Assembly: GCA_046075565.1 (NCBI GenBank) | Contig: JBJTQJ010000025.1 | Span: 64,001-128,000, forward strand | Direction of reading: 5' to 3' | Length of the DNA: 64,000 nucleotides | From: Verrucomicrobiales bacterium | Lineage (GTDB): Bacteria; Verrucomicrobiota; Verrucomicrobiia; Verrucomicrobiales; SLCJ01 | In this document: positions 30,773 to 39,870 of the stretch, piece after piece | Numbering within the stretch: position 1 is the first letter of the stretch | Layout of the letters: every line of letters starts with the position of its first letter | Notes under the pieces: model-generated | What the model was told of the DNA's origin: nothing | Databases searched by the model: none | Seen by the model: only the letters and a program-made list of their open reading frames with translations | Translations under genes and position numbers: made by a program

Positions 30773-30893
30773 CAAAGCGCACGGAATTGAACCGGTTGGC
30801 TCCCCAACAGAGTCTTGACCCGGACCGGTTTGAATTGTTTCCGGGGTCGGAGTTTGTTGACCGCAGAAGTTGGGTGAGGAGTTGGTCGTTCAT
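30762..30893 (-). CDS. Candidate 43-aa small protein (or sRNA)
   Basis: A/C-rich leader ACAAAAACAAAACCAATCAGAACCAAATTC before the ATG; stop codon lies inside the terminator stem. Confidence 0.4.
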   Translation of the reverse strand: MNDQLLTQLLRSTNSDPGNNSNRSGSRLCWGANRFNSVRFVPE

Positions 30894-31055
30894 GAATTTG
30901 GTTCTGATTGGTTTTGTTTTTGTGGGACGGTCGGGCAGCACGGAATGTTCTTGCACAGATCCCGAGGGTCTTTTGGCGGGTTTTCTCCAGCGAAAGCATT
31001 AAAGTATCTTGGATTCCCCTTGTCGGCGGCGGTGCCAAAGTCTAGGCTCGGCGCG

Positions 31056-32456
31056 TTGGCGGACTTGCCGACGAGAATCCATTTTACCGGGGCCTGTGGG
31101 CGGACGGTCGGGTCGTTGGCCGTTGATTTGAAGCGTCGCGGCCTGGATATCACCGCCAGCGATGGGGTGTTCCACTCTCCCATGGATCGGGTCTTGGCCG
31201 ACGCTGGACTGAAAATCCGGGCAAAGTTTTCCGCCCGGAATGTGGCGGCTGGCACCGAGATGGTCGTGGCCGGGGGGATGGTCGGGCCGGACAACCCCGA
31301 ATGGCGGGCGGCGAGACGGCGGGGTATCCCGGTTCTGCCGATGGCGGAATTTCTCGGGAAACATTTTCCCGCCGGGCAGAAGCGCCTGGTCGTGGCGGGC
31401 ACCAAGGGCAAGACGACCACCACCGCCATGCTCGCGTGGATCCTGCGGCACGCGGGCAAAGACCCGGATTGGTTGCTCGGCGGACTGTGTCCTCATTTCG
31501 AAATGCCGGTGCGATTCCGGGGCTCCCGCCGCATGGTGCTGGAGGGCGACGAGTATCCAACCGGGGTGACCGATCCCCGCCCGAAATTCCGCCACTACCG
31601 TCCGCATGTCCTCGTGGTCACGAACCTCCATTTCGACCATGCCGAGGTCTTCTCCTCGCTGGATGAAATCCGGCGTCATTTTGTGGATGCGGCACGGGAA
31701 TTGCCCGCGAGTGGCTTGCTGTTGTTAGGGCCGGATGTCGAAGGATGGAAAGAGATCGCGTCCGCATCCCGCGCTCCGGTTGTCCGCGTGGGATGGGGGA
31801 AAAGGTTTGATGCCATGCTTTCAGGATTCCGCGTCCACGGCAAGGAAATGGTCTTCGGGGTTGGCGGGAAGGTTTTCAGCGTGCCCGGGGCAGGGCGGAT
31901 GCTGGCGGTGGATGCGGCATTGGCCGCGCTTGCCGCCGCCCATATTGGAATCTCTTTGGAAAAATCGATGCAGGCGATGGCGGAGTTTCAGGGGGTGGAG
32001 CAACGGCTTCAACCGCTGCATGATTCGGAAAGGCTGGCGGTTTTAGTGGATAAAGCGTATCACCCCGCCGCCATACGGGAGAACATAGCGGCCTTGTGCT
32101 TGCGTTATCCCGGGCGCCGCCTCGCCATGCTGCTGCAACCCCGCTTTACCGAAGGGCGCGGTAGATATCAGGAACGGGAATTGCCGGAAATTCTAACAGA
32201 ATTAGATCGACTCGTCTTGCTGGCGTCGAGTGATCCGAAGCTATTTCCGGGAGGAAAATTCCCGAGCTACCGATTGGCCGCATCGCTCCGCGGGCAGGGA
32301 CTTGATGTCAGCCTGCTGCGAAAGACCGTGGAACTGGCGACGAAACTGCCGCCACACGTGCGGCCAGGCGATGTCTGGTATCTTTGCCTGCCGGCGGGCT
32401 GTGAAATTCTAACCGATCCACTGCTCACAAAGCTCCGGAAGAAACTCGACCCATGA
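31056..32456 (+). CDS. Divergent Mpl/MurC-like Mur ligase paralogue
   Basis: IHFTGACG, GTKGKTTT, LEGDEY, NLHFDHAE, FQGVEQRL; start estimated at TTG 31056. Confidence 0.8.
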   Translation: MADLPTRIHFTGACGRTVGSLAVDLKRRGLDITASDGVFHSPMDRVLADAGLKIRAKFSARNVAAGTEMVVAGGMVGPDNPEWRAARRRGIPVLPMAEFLGKHFPAGQKRLVVAGTKGKTTTTAMLAWILRHAGKDPDWLLGGLCPHFEMPVRFRGSRRMVLEGDEYPTGVTDPRPKFRHYRPHVLVVTNLHFDHAEVFSSLDEIRRHFVDAARELPASGLLLLGPDVEGWKEIASASRAPVVRVGWGKRFDAMLSGFRVHGKEMVFGVGGKVFSVPGAGRMLAVDAALAALAAAHIGISLEKSMQAMAEFQGVEQRLQPLHDSERLAVLVDKAYHPAAIRENIAALCLRYPGRRLAMLLQPRFTEGRGRYQERELPEILTELDRLVLLASSDPKLFPGGKFPSYRLAASLRGQGLDVSLLRKTVELATKLPPHVRPGDVWYLCLPAGCEILTDPLLTKLRKKLDP

Positions 32457-33706
32457 AAATTCTCATGACCAATCATCGCCTGCTAAGCGCGGGCGGCACC
32501 GAATGGTTCATCGTCGAAACGGCGCGCGCGTTGCAGTCGCGTGGACATGAGGTGGCGGTCTTCACGCCGGTTGGCGGCGAGATGGCGGAGCGATTGCTGG
32601 CGGCGGCGATTCCCGCGGTCGCCTTGCCGCGTGATTGTCCTTTCGTTCCCGAGATCATCCATGGCCAGCACCATCTCGAGACCATGGCGGCGTTGGCAGC
32701 CTGGCCGGGCGTTCCCGCCATCTATTTCATCCATGGAGCCACGCCTTGGGAGGAACATCCGCCCGCCCATCCGCGCATCTCGCGGTATCTCGCGCCCGCC
32801 CCGCGTTTCTCAAACTGGATCTCCCGCGAATGTGGCGTGCCCGAAACCATGGTCGAGGCGGTACGCAATTTTTTCGATCCCGACCGGTTTCCCGTGGTCC
32901 GTGCGCAGCCGCTGGCGGGCAAACGCGCCTTGGTTTTCCACAACACGATGGAGTCGGAAGGCGAAGCCGTGGCCGCGCTGCAAGCGGGTTGCGCTTCCGC
33001 CGGATACTCCCTCGACCGCGCGGGCGTGGCCTTCGGAAATATCCTTGCCGAACCCGGTCGTGTGCTGCCGGAATACGATGTGGTATTCGCGGCTGGACGT
33101 TCGGCCATTGAAGCGATGGCCTGCGGGTGCGGAGTGATCCCCGTGATGGCTCGTCAATCGGCGGAAAGGATCCATCCCGGGAATTATGCGGAGATGGTAG
33201 ATAGAAACTTCACCGCCGAGATCAATGCTCCTCCCATGGATGCCGCGAATATCGCCGGTCATCTGCGGGCCTTTCGTGCCGAAGAAATCGCCGAGATCTC
33301 CCGCCGCATAAGGGCGGAAGCGACGCTCGATGCGACGACGGAGCACTTGTTAGATGTTTACCGGACCGCGCTCTCTTCGCCGATTGAGCATACCCCGGAG
33401 GCGGAAGCCAAGGCAGTTTCCTCCTATCTGGCCAGATTGTCAGCACGGGTGAAGGATGCGGATGCCGCCCGCGACCGGTTGATCGACGAGAAGGACCGCG
33501 CGAACCTGCGGTCCGCGAAGTGGAAAAAACGTGCGGAGACTCTGGCCCGGTCGTTGCGCAGCTTCGAGACCGAGGCAACGCGTGCGCCATTTTGGATACG
33601 CCGCTGGTGGCGACGTGTCCGGCGCGGGGGCAATACGCAACGATGGGCCTCCTCCCTTGGGGAAATCGAAAGCAGGACGATGAATGAGTTGGTCAGGTGC
33701 GGCTAA
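32453..33706 (+). CDS. GT-B glycosyltransferase (family 4-like)
   Basis: MKILMTNH..AGGTE, GHEVAVF, GRSAIEAMACG; 4-nt overlap with the ligase gene. Confidence 0.85.
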   Translation: MKILMTNHRLLSAGGTEWFIVETARALQSRGHEVAVFTPVGGEMAERLLAAAIPAVALPRDCPFVPEIIHGQHHLETMAALAAWPGVPAIYFIHGATPWEEHPPAHPRISRYLAPAPRFSNWISRECGVPETMVEAVRNFFDPDRFPVVRAQPLAGKRALVFHNTMESEGEAVAALQAGCASAGYSLDRAGVAFGNILAEPGRVLPEYDVVFAAGRSAIEAMACGCGVIPVMARQSAERIHPGNYAEMVDRNFTAEINAPPMDAANIAGHLRAFRAEEIAEISRRIRAEATLDATTEHLLDVYRTALSSPIEHTPEAEAKAVSSYLARLSARVKDADAARDRLIDEKDRANLRSAKWKKRAETLARSLRSFETEATRAPFWIRRWWRRVRRGGNTQRWASSLGEIESRTMNELVRCG

Positions 33707-33916
33707 GTTTCCGATCTTCTCTTTCCCGGAGGGACGCGATCCCGCAGGGCCGGGTCCGTTACCCGCGCGAATCACGGACCATGCCGGAGAAGCTGCCACG
33801 ACCGTGCCATGTTCGTCCCTGGGGGCGGGAAAAGAGCAGGATCATACCCGAAGGATGCCGCTTCCGTCACTTGCCTCCAAGCGAATTCCAACGGCATCGG
33901 AAAATCTGTCGCGCCC

Positions 33917-33945
33917 TTGACGCGGGGCCATCCTGTCCCGAAACT
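33917..33945 (+). promoter_or_regulatory. Candidate sigma70 promoter of glgE
   Basis: TTGACG-17 nt-GAAACT, 14 nt before the ATG. Confidence 0.4.
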
Positions 33946-33959
33946 CTCGTTTCGCCGCC

Positions 33960-35927
33960 ATGAGCCTCTCTTCATCCGCCCCGCATGCCCCTTCGGTTGT
34001 CATTACCGCCCTTGTTCCATCCGTGGATGGCGGGCGGCATCCCGTGAAACGCATCGCCGGTGATGTGCTGCGGGTGGAGGCCGACATTTTCAAGGACGGC
34101 CATGATGTGGTGGCGGCGGCTTTGCTCTGGCGTCCTGTTGGCGAGGAAATCTGGCACGAACAGGCCATGGAAAAAGGCGACAATGACCGCTGGTCGGCCG
34201 CCGTCGAGGTGCCGAGGGTCGGACGTTATGAATACACCGTGGCGGCTTGGCCGGATCTCTTGGTCACTTGGGTCAGGGATTTCCGGAAAAAGGTGGACGC
34301 GAGGGTGTCGCCGCTCGATCTCGAATTGCAGGAAGGCGCTTTGCTCGTCAAAGGCGCGGCCTTGCGTGCCCGGCTGGCGGGATCGGAAGCCATGGCCCGC
34401 GACCTCGTGCAGTTGGGAGAATTGCTCGGCGGCTTGTCGCCGAACGAAGCCATCGAACTGATGGAAAGCCCGGACGTGAAGACCGTGCTCGCGCCGTGGC
34501 CGGATCGCGGGCTCCTCACCTTGCACGAGCCGGTGCGTCATCTGATTGTCGAACCCGAGATCGCCCGCTTCTCGGCATGGTACGAGTTTTTCCCCCGCAA
34601 CGCGCATTGTGATGGTCATACCCACGCCACCTTGCGCCAATGCCGGCCCATGCTCGAACACGCCGCAGGTCTCGGCTTCGATGTCATTTATCTCCCTCCC
34701 GTGCATCCAATCGGTATCACGAACCGCAAAGGGAAAAACAACAGCACCACCTGCCAACCGGGCGAAATCGGTTCGCCCTGGGCCATCGGCGGACCAGCAG
34801 GCGGGCACACCGCCATCGAACCCGCACTCGGGACACTGGCAGACTTCGACTTCTTCCTCTCCGAGGCTCGATCGCTCGGTCTCGAGGTGGCGATGGATTT
34901 TGCCCTGCAATGCTCGCCCGATCATCCGTGGGTGCGTGAGCATCCCGAGTGGTTCCATGTGCGCCCGGATGGTTCGATCCAATACGCGGAGAATCCTCCG
35001 AAAAAATACCAGGACATTTATCCACTGCATTTCCACAATCCGGACTGGCGCGCGATGTGGTCCACGCTTAAGGACGCGCTGCTCTTCTGGTGTGCCCGCG
35101 GAGTGAGGATCTTCCGGGTGGACAATCCGCATACCAAGCCGGTCGCCTTCTGGGAATATGCGATCGCGGAAACGCGCGCCGTTTATCCCGAAACGATTTT
35201 TCTTTCCGAAGCTTTCACCACCCCGAAGATGATGGCCGAGTTGGCGAAGATTGGATTCTCGCAGAGCTACACGTATTTCACTTGGCGCACGAACAAACAC
35301 GAACTCGCCGCCTACGTGGAAGAATTGACCAGCCAACCGGTGGTCGAATTCATGCGCGGGAATTTCTGGCCGAACACACCCGACATCCTAGCCTACGAGT
35401 TGTGGAATGCCCCGCCGGCGAAGTTCCGCATCCGCGCGACACTGGCGGCCTTGCTCATGCCTTCGTGGGGTATGTATTCCGGTTACGAATTCTGCGAGAA
35501 CAAACCGCTGCCACCGAAAGAGGAATACCTCGACTCCGAGAAATACCAGCTCGTGGCCCGCAACCTGCGCGCACAAGGCATCACCGCCGACATCGCCGCC
35601 CTCAACCTCATCCGCCGCGAGAACCCCGCCTGCCGTCTCTACGACAACATCCGATTCGTGCCCGCTGCGAATGATCACATCCTCGCCTGGACCCGGGTAA
35701 CTCCGGATCAACGCAACCGCCTGCTCGTGGTGGTGAACATGGATGCCGGCAACACGCAGGCGACCACGCTCGAGCTTCCGCTGCATCTTCTGGGACTTGG
35801 TGCCGATCGACCTTTCGCCGTGCGCGATTTGCTCACCGGGGAGCGGTGGACTTGGCAAGGTGCTCGCAACTACGTCGAGCTGAACCCGCAAATCCGCGTC
35901 GCCCACGTTTTCCTGATCGAGAGTTGA
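33960..35927 (+). CDS. glgE: Alpha-1,4-glucan:maltose-1-phosphate maltosyltransferase
   Basis: WYEFFPR, YLPPVHPIG, YAENPPKKYQDIYP, FRVDNPHTKP, FLSEAFT, NTPDIL, EEYLDSEKYQ. Confidence 0.97.
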   Translation: MSLSSSAPHAPSVVITALVPSVDGGRHPVKRIAGDVLRVEADIFKDGHDVVAAALLWRPVGEEIWHEQAMEKGDNDRWSAAVEVPRVGRYEYTVAAWPDLLVTWVRDFRKKVDARVSPLDLELQEGALLVKGAALRARLAGSEAMARDLVQLGELLGGLSPNEAIELMESPDVKTVLAPWPDRGLLTLHEPVRHLIVEPEIARFSAWYEFFPRNAHCDGHTHATLRQCRPMLEHAAGLGFDVIYLPPVHPIGITNRKGKNNSTTCQPGEIGSPWAIGGPAGGHTAIEPALGTLADFDFFLSEARSLGLEVAMDFALQCSPDHPWVREHPEWFHVRPDGSIQYAENPPKKYQDIYPLHFHNPDWRAMWSTLKDALLFWCARGVRIFRVDNPHTKPVAFWEYAIAETRAVYPETIFLSEAFTTPKMMAELAKIGFSQSYTYFTWRTNKHELAAYVEELTSQPVVEFMRGNFWPNTPDILAYELWNAPPAKFRIRATLAALLMPSWGMYSGYEFCENKPLPPKEEYLDSEKYQLVARNLRAQGITADIAALNLIRRENPACRLYDNIRFVPAANDHILAWTRVTPDQRNRLLVVVNMDAGNTQATTLELPLHLLGLGADRPFAVRDLLTGERWTWQGARNYVELNPQIRVAHVFLIES

Positions 35928-35934
35928 TCCCGCC

Positions 35935-37473
35935 ATGGGCACGGTCGCACCATCCGGGCTGGAGAAGCCGCGTTCGTCCGGGCGAGCGACCGCGGTGCGC
36001 CGGTTGGTTTTGATAGGTGCCGGGCTTGCTCTACTGGGGACGATCGAATCAGGCCGCGTCGGCAGTGTGATTCCGGCGATGGACGACCATTTGTTAGTTT
36101 CGATGCAGAAGTTCCTGCCTCCGGGACGAAAAGGCCCGCTCGTGCTGGAGTCGAGGCCCGACAAGGATACGCGGGTTTTCGCACCAGCGCCCGATGATTC
36201 ACCTTTGCCGGTGCCGCTCTGTCGTTACGAAAAGGCGGATCAATCGATTCTTGTGGAATGGCCACCAGGTCCCGTGGATCTCGCCATGGCCATCGAAACC
36301 ATGGGCGCCGCCAAATCGCTGGCCCTTGCCTGGGCACCGGACTGGGAAGCTCCCGCCGAAGGCACGCTCGCGCTGCGCGCTTTTGCCAACGCGCGTTCCC
36401 AAGCAAAAGACCTGCCGTTTCTGCACGCTTATTGGCCGGGCTTCACCGCCGCCGCGGACGAGAATGCCCTAGCTCTTCTTGCCCTGCCACCGGTGATCCC
36501 ATCGTCAAACGTACGCGGCGAAGTCGCCAACATCCCCGAAGTGAACGACCCTGGCCCATGGCCGCCCGAAGCAGCGGGGTTGCCGCCCGCCGATGCCGGC
36601 TTCGGTCGATTGTTGTTGCTTGCGCCCCTCGATGCCCCACCGGCGCGCGTGGCTTTGCCGATGCTCGTTCGTTCCGGCGAACGAATTCTCCCCTCCCTGA
36701 GCCTGCTCGCGTTCACGCGGGCGAATCGAATCGAGATTTCATCGGTCGATGTGCGCCTCGGTGGTGCCATTCTCGCCGGGAAAACAACCATCCCGGTGGA
36801 TGAACGCGGTTGCCTGCTCCTCCCGACCTCGTTCGCCAATCGGGTGCCCGTGATTTCACCACTGGCGGAAGATGCCCATGCCGTGGTTCGGGAAAAATGT
36901 GTTGTCATCGCCCACGAAGGCCTGGCCTCACAAAGCGGTGCCAGCGGCGATGTCGGGATGTGGACTGCCGCCGCACTTGGAGCCATGGAAGCGGATGACT
37001 TCGCTCTGCCAATCCGAATCCTGCGCCGCGCCCCGACCGCGGCGACCATTGGGGTGATGGCCCTGCTCATCCTCGGGAGTGTGGCCTCCCTCTGGTTTCC
37101 ACGTCGCCAACGCTGGTGGGTGGCGGTGGCGCTGTTCGCCGCACTGGCCCTTTACGCCCGTTATGCCGCGCAAGCGCATGGACAGTTCATCGGTCTATCT
37201 TTGCCTCTCTTCATCTGGCTGGCGACCACACTCCTGGCCATGCTTTTTTCGCCACCAATCGCGACAAAGCCTCTTGTTCTCCCGAGCGCGGAGCGACCAT
37301 CGGCCACTCCACCCGAAGCACCCGCTGTGAGCACGGTAGTGGAGACATCCCCGCTGCCGGAACCTCTTCCGGCACCAACTTCGGAGCAGGAACTCAACCT
37401 TGCGGATCCGCGGAGGCCCGTGGACCCGACCAGGACAAAGCCGAAGTCCGGAAAGCGCCGACGCAAAGGCTGA
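35935..37473 (+). CDS. Degenerate CHASE2-like sensor membrane protein without an output domain
   Basis: N-terminal TM, ILPSLSL and IPVDERG segments, three to four C-terminal TMs, Pro-rich tail. Confidence 0.55.
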   Translation: MGTVAPSGLEKPRSSGRATAVRRLVLIGAGLALLGTIESGRVGSVIPAMDDHLLVSMQKFLPPGRKGPLVLESRPDKDTRVFAPAPDDSPLPVPLCRYEKADQSILVEWPPGPVDLAMAIETMGAAKSLALAWAPDWEAPAEGTLALRAFANARSQAKDLPFLHAYWPGFTAAADENALALLALPPVIPSSNVRGEVANIPEVNDPGPWPPEAAGLPPADAGFGRLLLLAPLDAPPARVALPMLVRSGERILPSLSLLAFTRANRIEISSVDVRLGGAILAGKTTIPVDERGCLLLPTSFANRVPVISPLAEDAHAVVREKCVVIAHEGLASQSGASGDVGMWTAAALGAMEADDFALPIRILRRAPTAATIGVMALLILGSVASLWFPRRQRWWVAVALFAALALYARYAAQAHGQFIGLSLPLFIWLATTLLAMLFSPPIATKPLVLPSAERPSATPPEAPAVSTVVETSPLPEPLPAPTSEQELNLADPRRPVDPTRTKPKSGKRRRKG

Positions 37474-37677
37474 ATCGGCGTGGGCATCCGGCCCGCATCA
37501 CAACACCACACCGGCATGTTCGTCGGCTCGCGGAGTAGGACAAAAAGTCAAGCTGCTATCTGCATGATCACACCATCTCGCGCATCGATGGGATAGTGAT
37601 CCTGGCCATTGGGATGAGCTCTCGTGCGAAAAATGGGGTGCCGCCTTCTCTTGGCCGTCTATGGTCTCATTCGCGCT

Positions 37678-37763
37678 ATCCCGAAGGGATTGTGTCCCGG
37701 AGCCCGGGGTTGCCCCGTGTGCGCGGCTACCCCGGGCTTTGGTGCGGAACCCCGTTGGGGTTC
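37678..37763. repeat. Triple-hairpin REP-like element
   Basis: ATCCC-GAA-GGGAT; AGCCCGGGGTTGCC...GGCTACCCCGGGCT; GAACCCC-GTT-GGGGTTC. Confidence 0.6.
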
Positions 37764-37918
37764 GATCTTGCCTGCCTCTGCTCCATCGAACGCACCGAAG
37801 GGCAACGCAGAGCAACACAATACAAATCCACCCGATTTCCAGAAGAGCCGACTTTTTCGTCCTGCGCCCGTCGACTCGACGAAAAGATACTAGTTCTTGT
37901 TAGGCGTTCGTGTTTACG

Positions 37919-38668
37919 TTAGAACGACCATTGCAAGGCTGTGCCACCGTGAAAGAAATCGATCAATTGTTCATCCCCCGGAGATGTGGCAGCCCTGCTC
38001 AGTGCCCAACTGTAAGCGGTGTGCGCTGTTACTGAGATTGAATCCGTTAGGGCGAATTCCAATCCCGCGCTGATGGCAATGTGGTTGGCGCCGTCATGGC
38101 CGTCGGCCACGTAACCTTGGTTGATCCCGAATGGAACGGAGACATTCAGGGAAAGATTATCGGTAATATAGAATTCACGGTTGGCGGAGATTTCCGCAAA
38201 AAATCCCTCGGCATCAAATGAGTAATAGATATCGGCGGATAGTTCGACATCCAGCGGCAACCCCGACCATGTGATCCCGGCGCCAAGCTCGTTATCGTGC
38301 GCACCGTCAAACGGGAACCTGAGATGGGTGTAACCCCCGTAGAACTCGAAGTCCCCGATGCTTTGGGAAAGGGAAAGCGCCAGTTGCAATTCATCATAGC
38401 GCTGGTCGGGTGAATACCCATACCACACCCCTCCCGTGAGGTGCTTCCACCCCATCTCAAAACTGCCGACTAACAGGGAATCTCCATCCAGGTTGTCCCG
38501 GCCCTCCGAGAAATAGCGGCTTTCCCATCCCAGATGGGCGTGACCCTCGATTGATTCGTGATCATGCGGTCGCTCAAAGGGCTGATGCGCTTCGGGTTCG
38601 TGCCCGAATACGGTCAACGTGCTGGCAAAGCAGCAGACAAGAAAGGGCACGCTTGCTTTCAGGGACAT
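37919..38668 (-). CDS. Putative outer-membrane beta-barrel protein with His-rich N-terminus
   Basis: Signal peptide, HEPEAHQPFERPHDHESIEGHAH, alternating beta-strand pattern, terminal aromatic LQWSF. Confidence 0.65.
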   Translation of the reverse strand: MSLKASVPFLVCCFASTLTVFGHEPEAHQPFERPHDHESIEGHAHLGWESRYFSEGRDNLDGDSLLVGSFEMGWKHLTGGVWYGYSPDQRYDELQLALSLSQSIGDFEFYGGYTHLRFPFDGAHDNELGAGITWSGLPLDVELSADIYYSFDAEGFFAEISANREFYITDNLSLNVSVPFGINQGYVADGHDGANHIAISAGLEFALTDSISVTAHTAYSWALSRAATSPGDEQLIDFFHGGTALQWSF

Positions 38669-38816
38669 GTGAATTTGCGTTGGTTGGATCTCTTTGCCCA
38701 GCTCCAAGAGCTGACACTCCCAGCCGCGGGCGCCAATCCGTAACAGAGCAATGGATGCAAATCAAAGGGATCCTTTTGACCCGGGGTTGGTAACACGTTG
38801 TTCTGTGCCGGTTGGT

Positions 38817-39332
38817 TCAGTTTTTCCGCAATTCTTCGATCTTGGAGAAATCGATCTCAAAGGGTTTCTCGCGTCCCTCCACGTCGATGGAAATCACCTC
38901 TTCTTTCCGGGTGACCTTGCCCCGCCAAATCCGCCAGAAGTCCCCGATTGGACCAATCTCATCGTCCCGGTAGCGTCTGGGAGTGCCTAACTCCGCATAC
39001 GTCTTTTTCAAAACCACACCCTCACTGGAATAGACCGTCAGCGCCTCTGTCTTGATGTCCTCCGCTTTCACGAATGTCCAGGCAACCCACAGAACGTGTT
39101 TCCCGTCGTTTGAGACCGAATAGTTGTTATGCCACACATCTTTCTTGAATGACCAAAGAACTTTTGTTCCCTCCCGGACTTCGTGCTGACCGCTCTTGGC
39201 GTTGATGTGGAGTAGGTATCGTCCATTGGGAGACTTCACCTCCTCATCCTCCGGAGCGGCAAATTTAGTCGCTCTTGCGCTGCTGATAAGGCTGAAGAAA
39301 ATGACTGTCGAAAAGGTGAGTAAGGTATTCAT
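38817..39332 (-). CDS. Secreted hypothetical protein
   Basis: Signal-peptide-like N-terminus, SPNGRY and SNDGKH turns; visibly lower GC. Confidence 0.65.
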   Translation of the reverse strand: MNTLLTFSTVIFFSLISSARATKFAAPEDEEVKSPNGRYLLHINAKSGQHEVREGTKVLWSFKKDVWHNNYSVSNDGKHVLWVAWTFVKAEDIKTEALTVYSSEGVVLKKTYAELGTPRRYRDDEIGPIGDFWRIWRGKVTRKEEVISIDVEGREKPFEIDFSKIEELRKN

Positions 39333-39451
39333 GGCAACTGAAGGACACGTTGGTTTCAAGTCTCTTGGAAATTTGTGTCTAAGAGTATTGTCGTTCGACC
39401 GGTCTTTGTTATGAAAAAAGGCGGCCGACGGTCGTGTGCCCGCGGTGGGCC

Positions 39452-39793
39452 TCAGCCCTTGACCGGTGGCAGTTCTTCCCCTTCGAGATCGTCGAAGTTG
39501 TATTCCTCGAAACCGTATTCGCCGACACTTCCATCGCGGATGCGTTCGAGCGTTCGGGCGCTGCCCCGGCGGGAAGTGGGCCCGGTGACGCGTTGTTTCA
39601 CCAGACTGGCGAGCAACGGGGCGGCAGCCAAAATGGCAATACCGATGAGCGTGACACCGGCGGCGCGTCGGGAGGAGGAATCGAGGGTGCCGCCAATCAA
39701 CATGCCAATGCCGGCGCCGGCGGCGGCCGGACCGACCGAAAGGGCGATGGTGGTGGCCACGGGATTGACGGAATGATTGAGCGGATTATCCAT
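39452..39793 (-). CDS. Small hypothetical membrane protein
   Basis: Two Gly/Ala-rich hydrophobic segments; followed by a GC hairpin and T run near 39414-39450. Confidence 0.6.
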   Translation of the reverse strand: MDNPLNHSVNPVATTIALSVGPAAAGAGIGMLIGGTLDSSSRRAAGVTLIGIAILAAAPLLASLVKQRVTGPTSRRGSARTLERIRDGSVGEYGFEEYNFDDLEGEELPPVKG

Positions 39794-39870
39794 ATTCCAT
39801 TCATACCCCATTCCTCGCACGAGGAAAAGCGGATTCGTCGCTCGGATTCGAATCTTCTCGCCGGTGGCGA

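Noticed and set aside
30870-31055. N-terminal 62-aa extension of the Mur ligase ORF
   Set aside because: Similarity to Mpl begins at IHFTG; the extension overlaps the divergent sORF and its leader
37830-37890. IS terminal repeat (GGCTCTTCTGGAAA on the minus strand) and adjacent hairpin
   Set aside because: No matching second end or transposase found; the hairpin is adequately explained as a terminator between convergent genes
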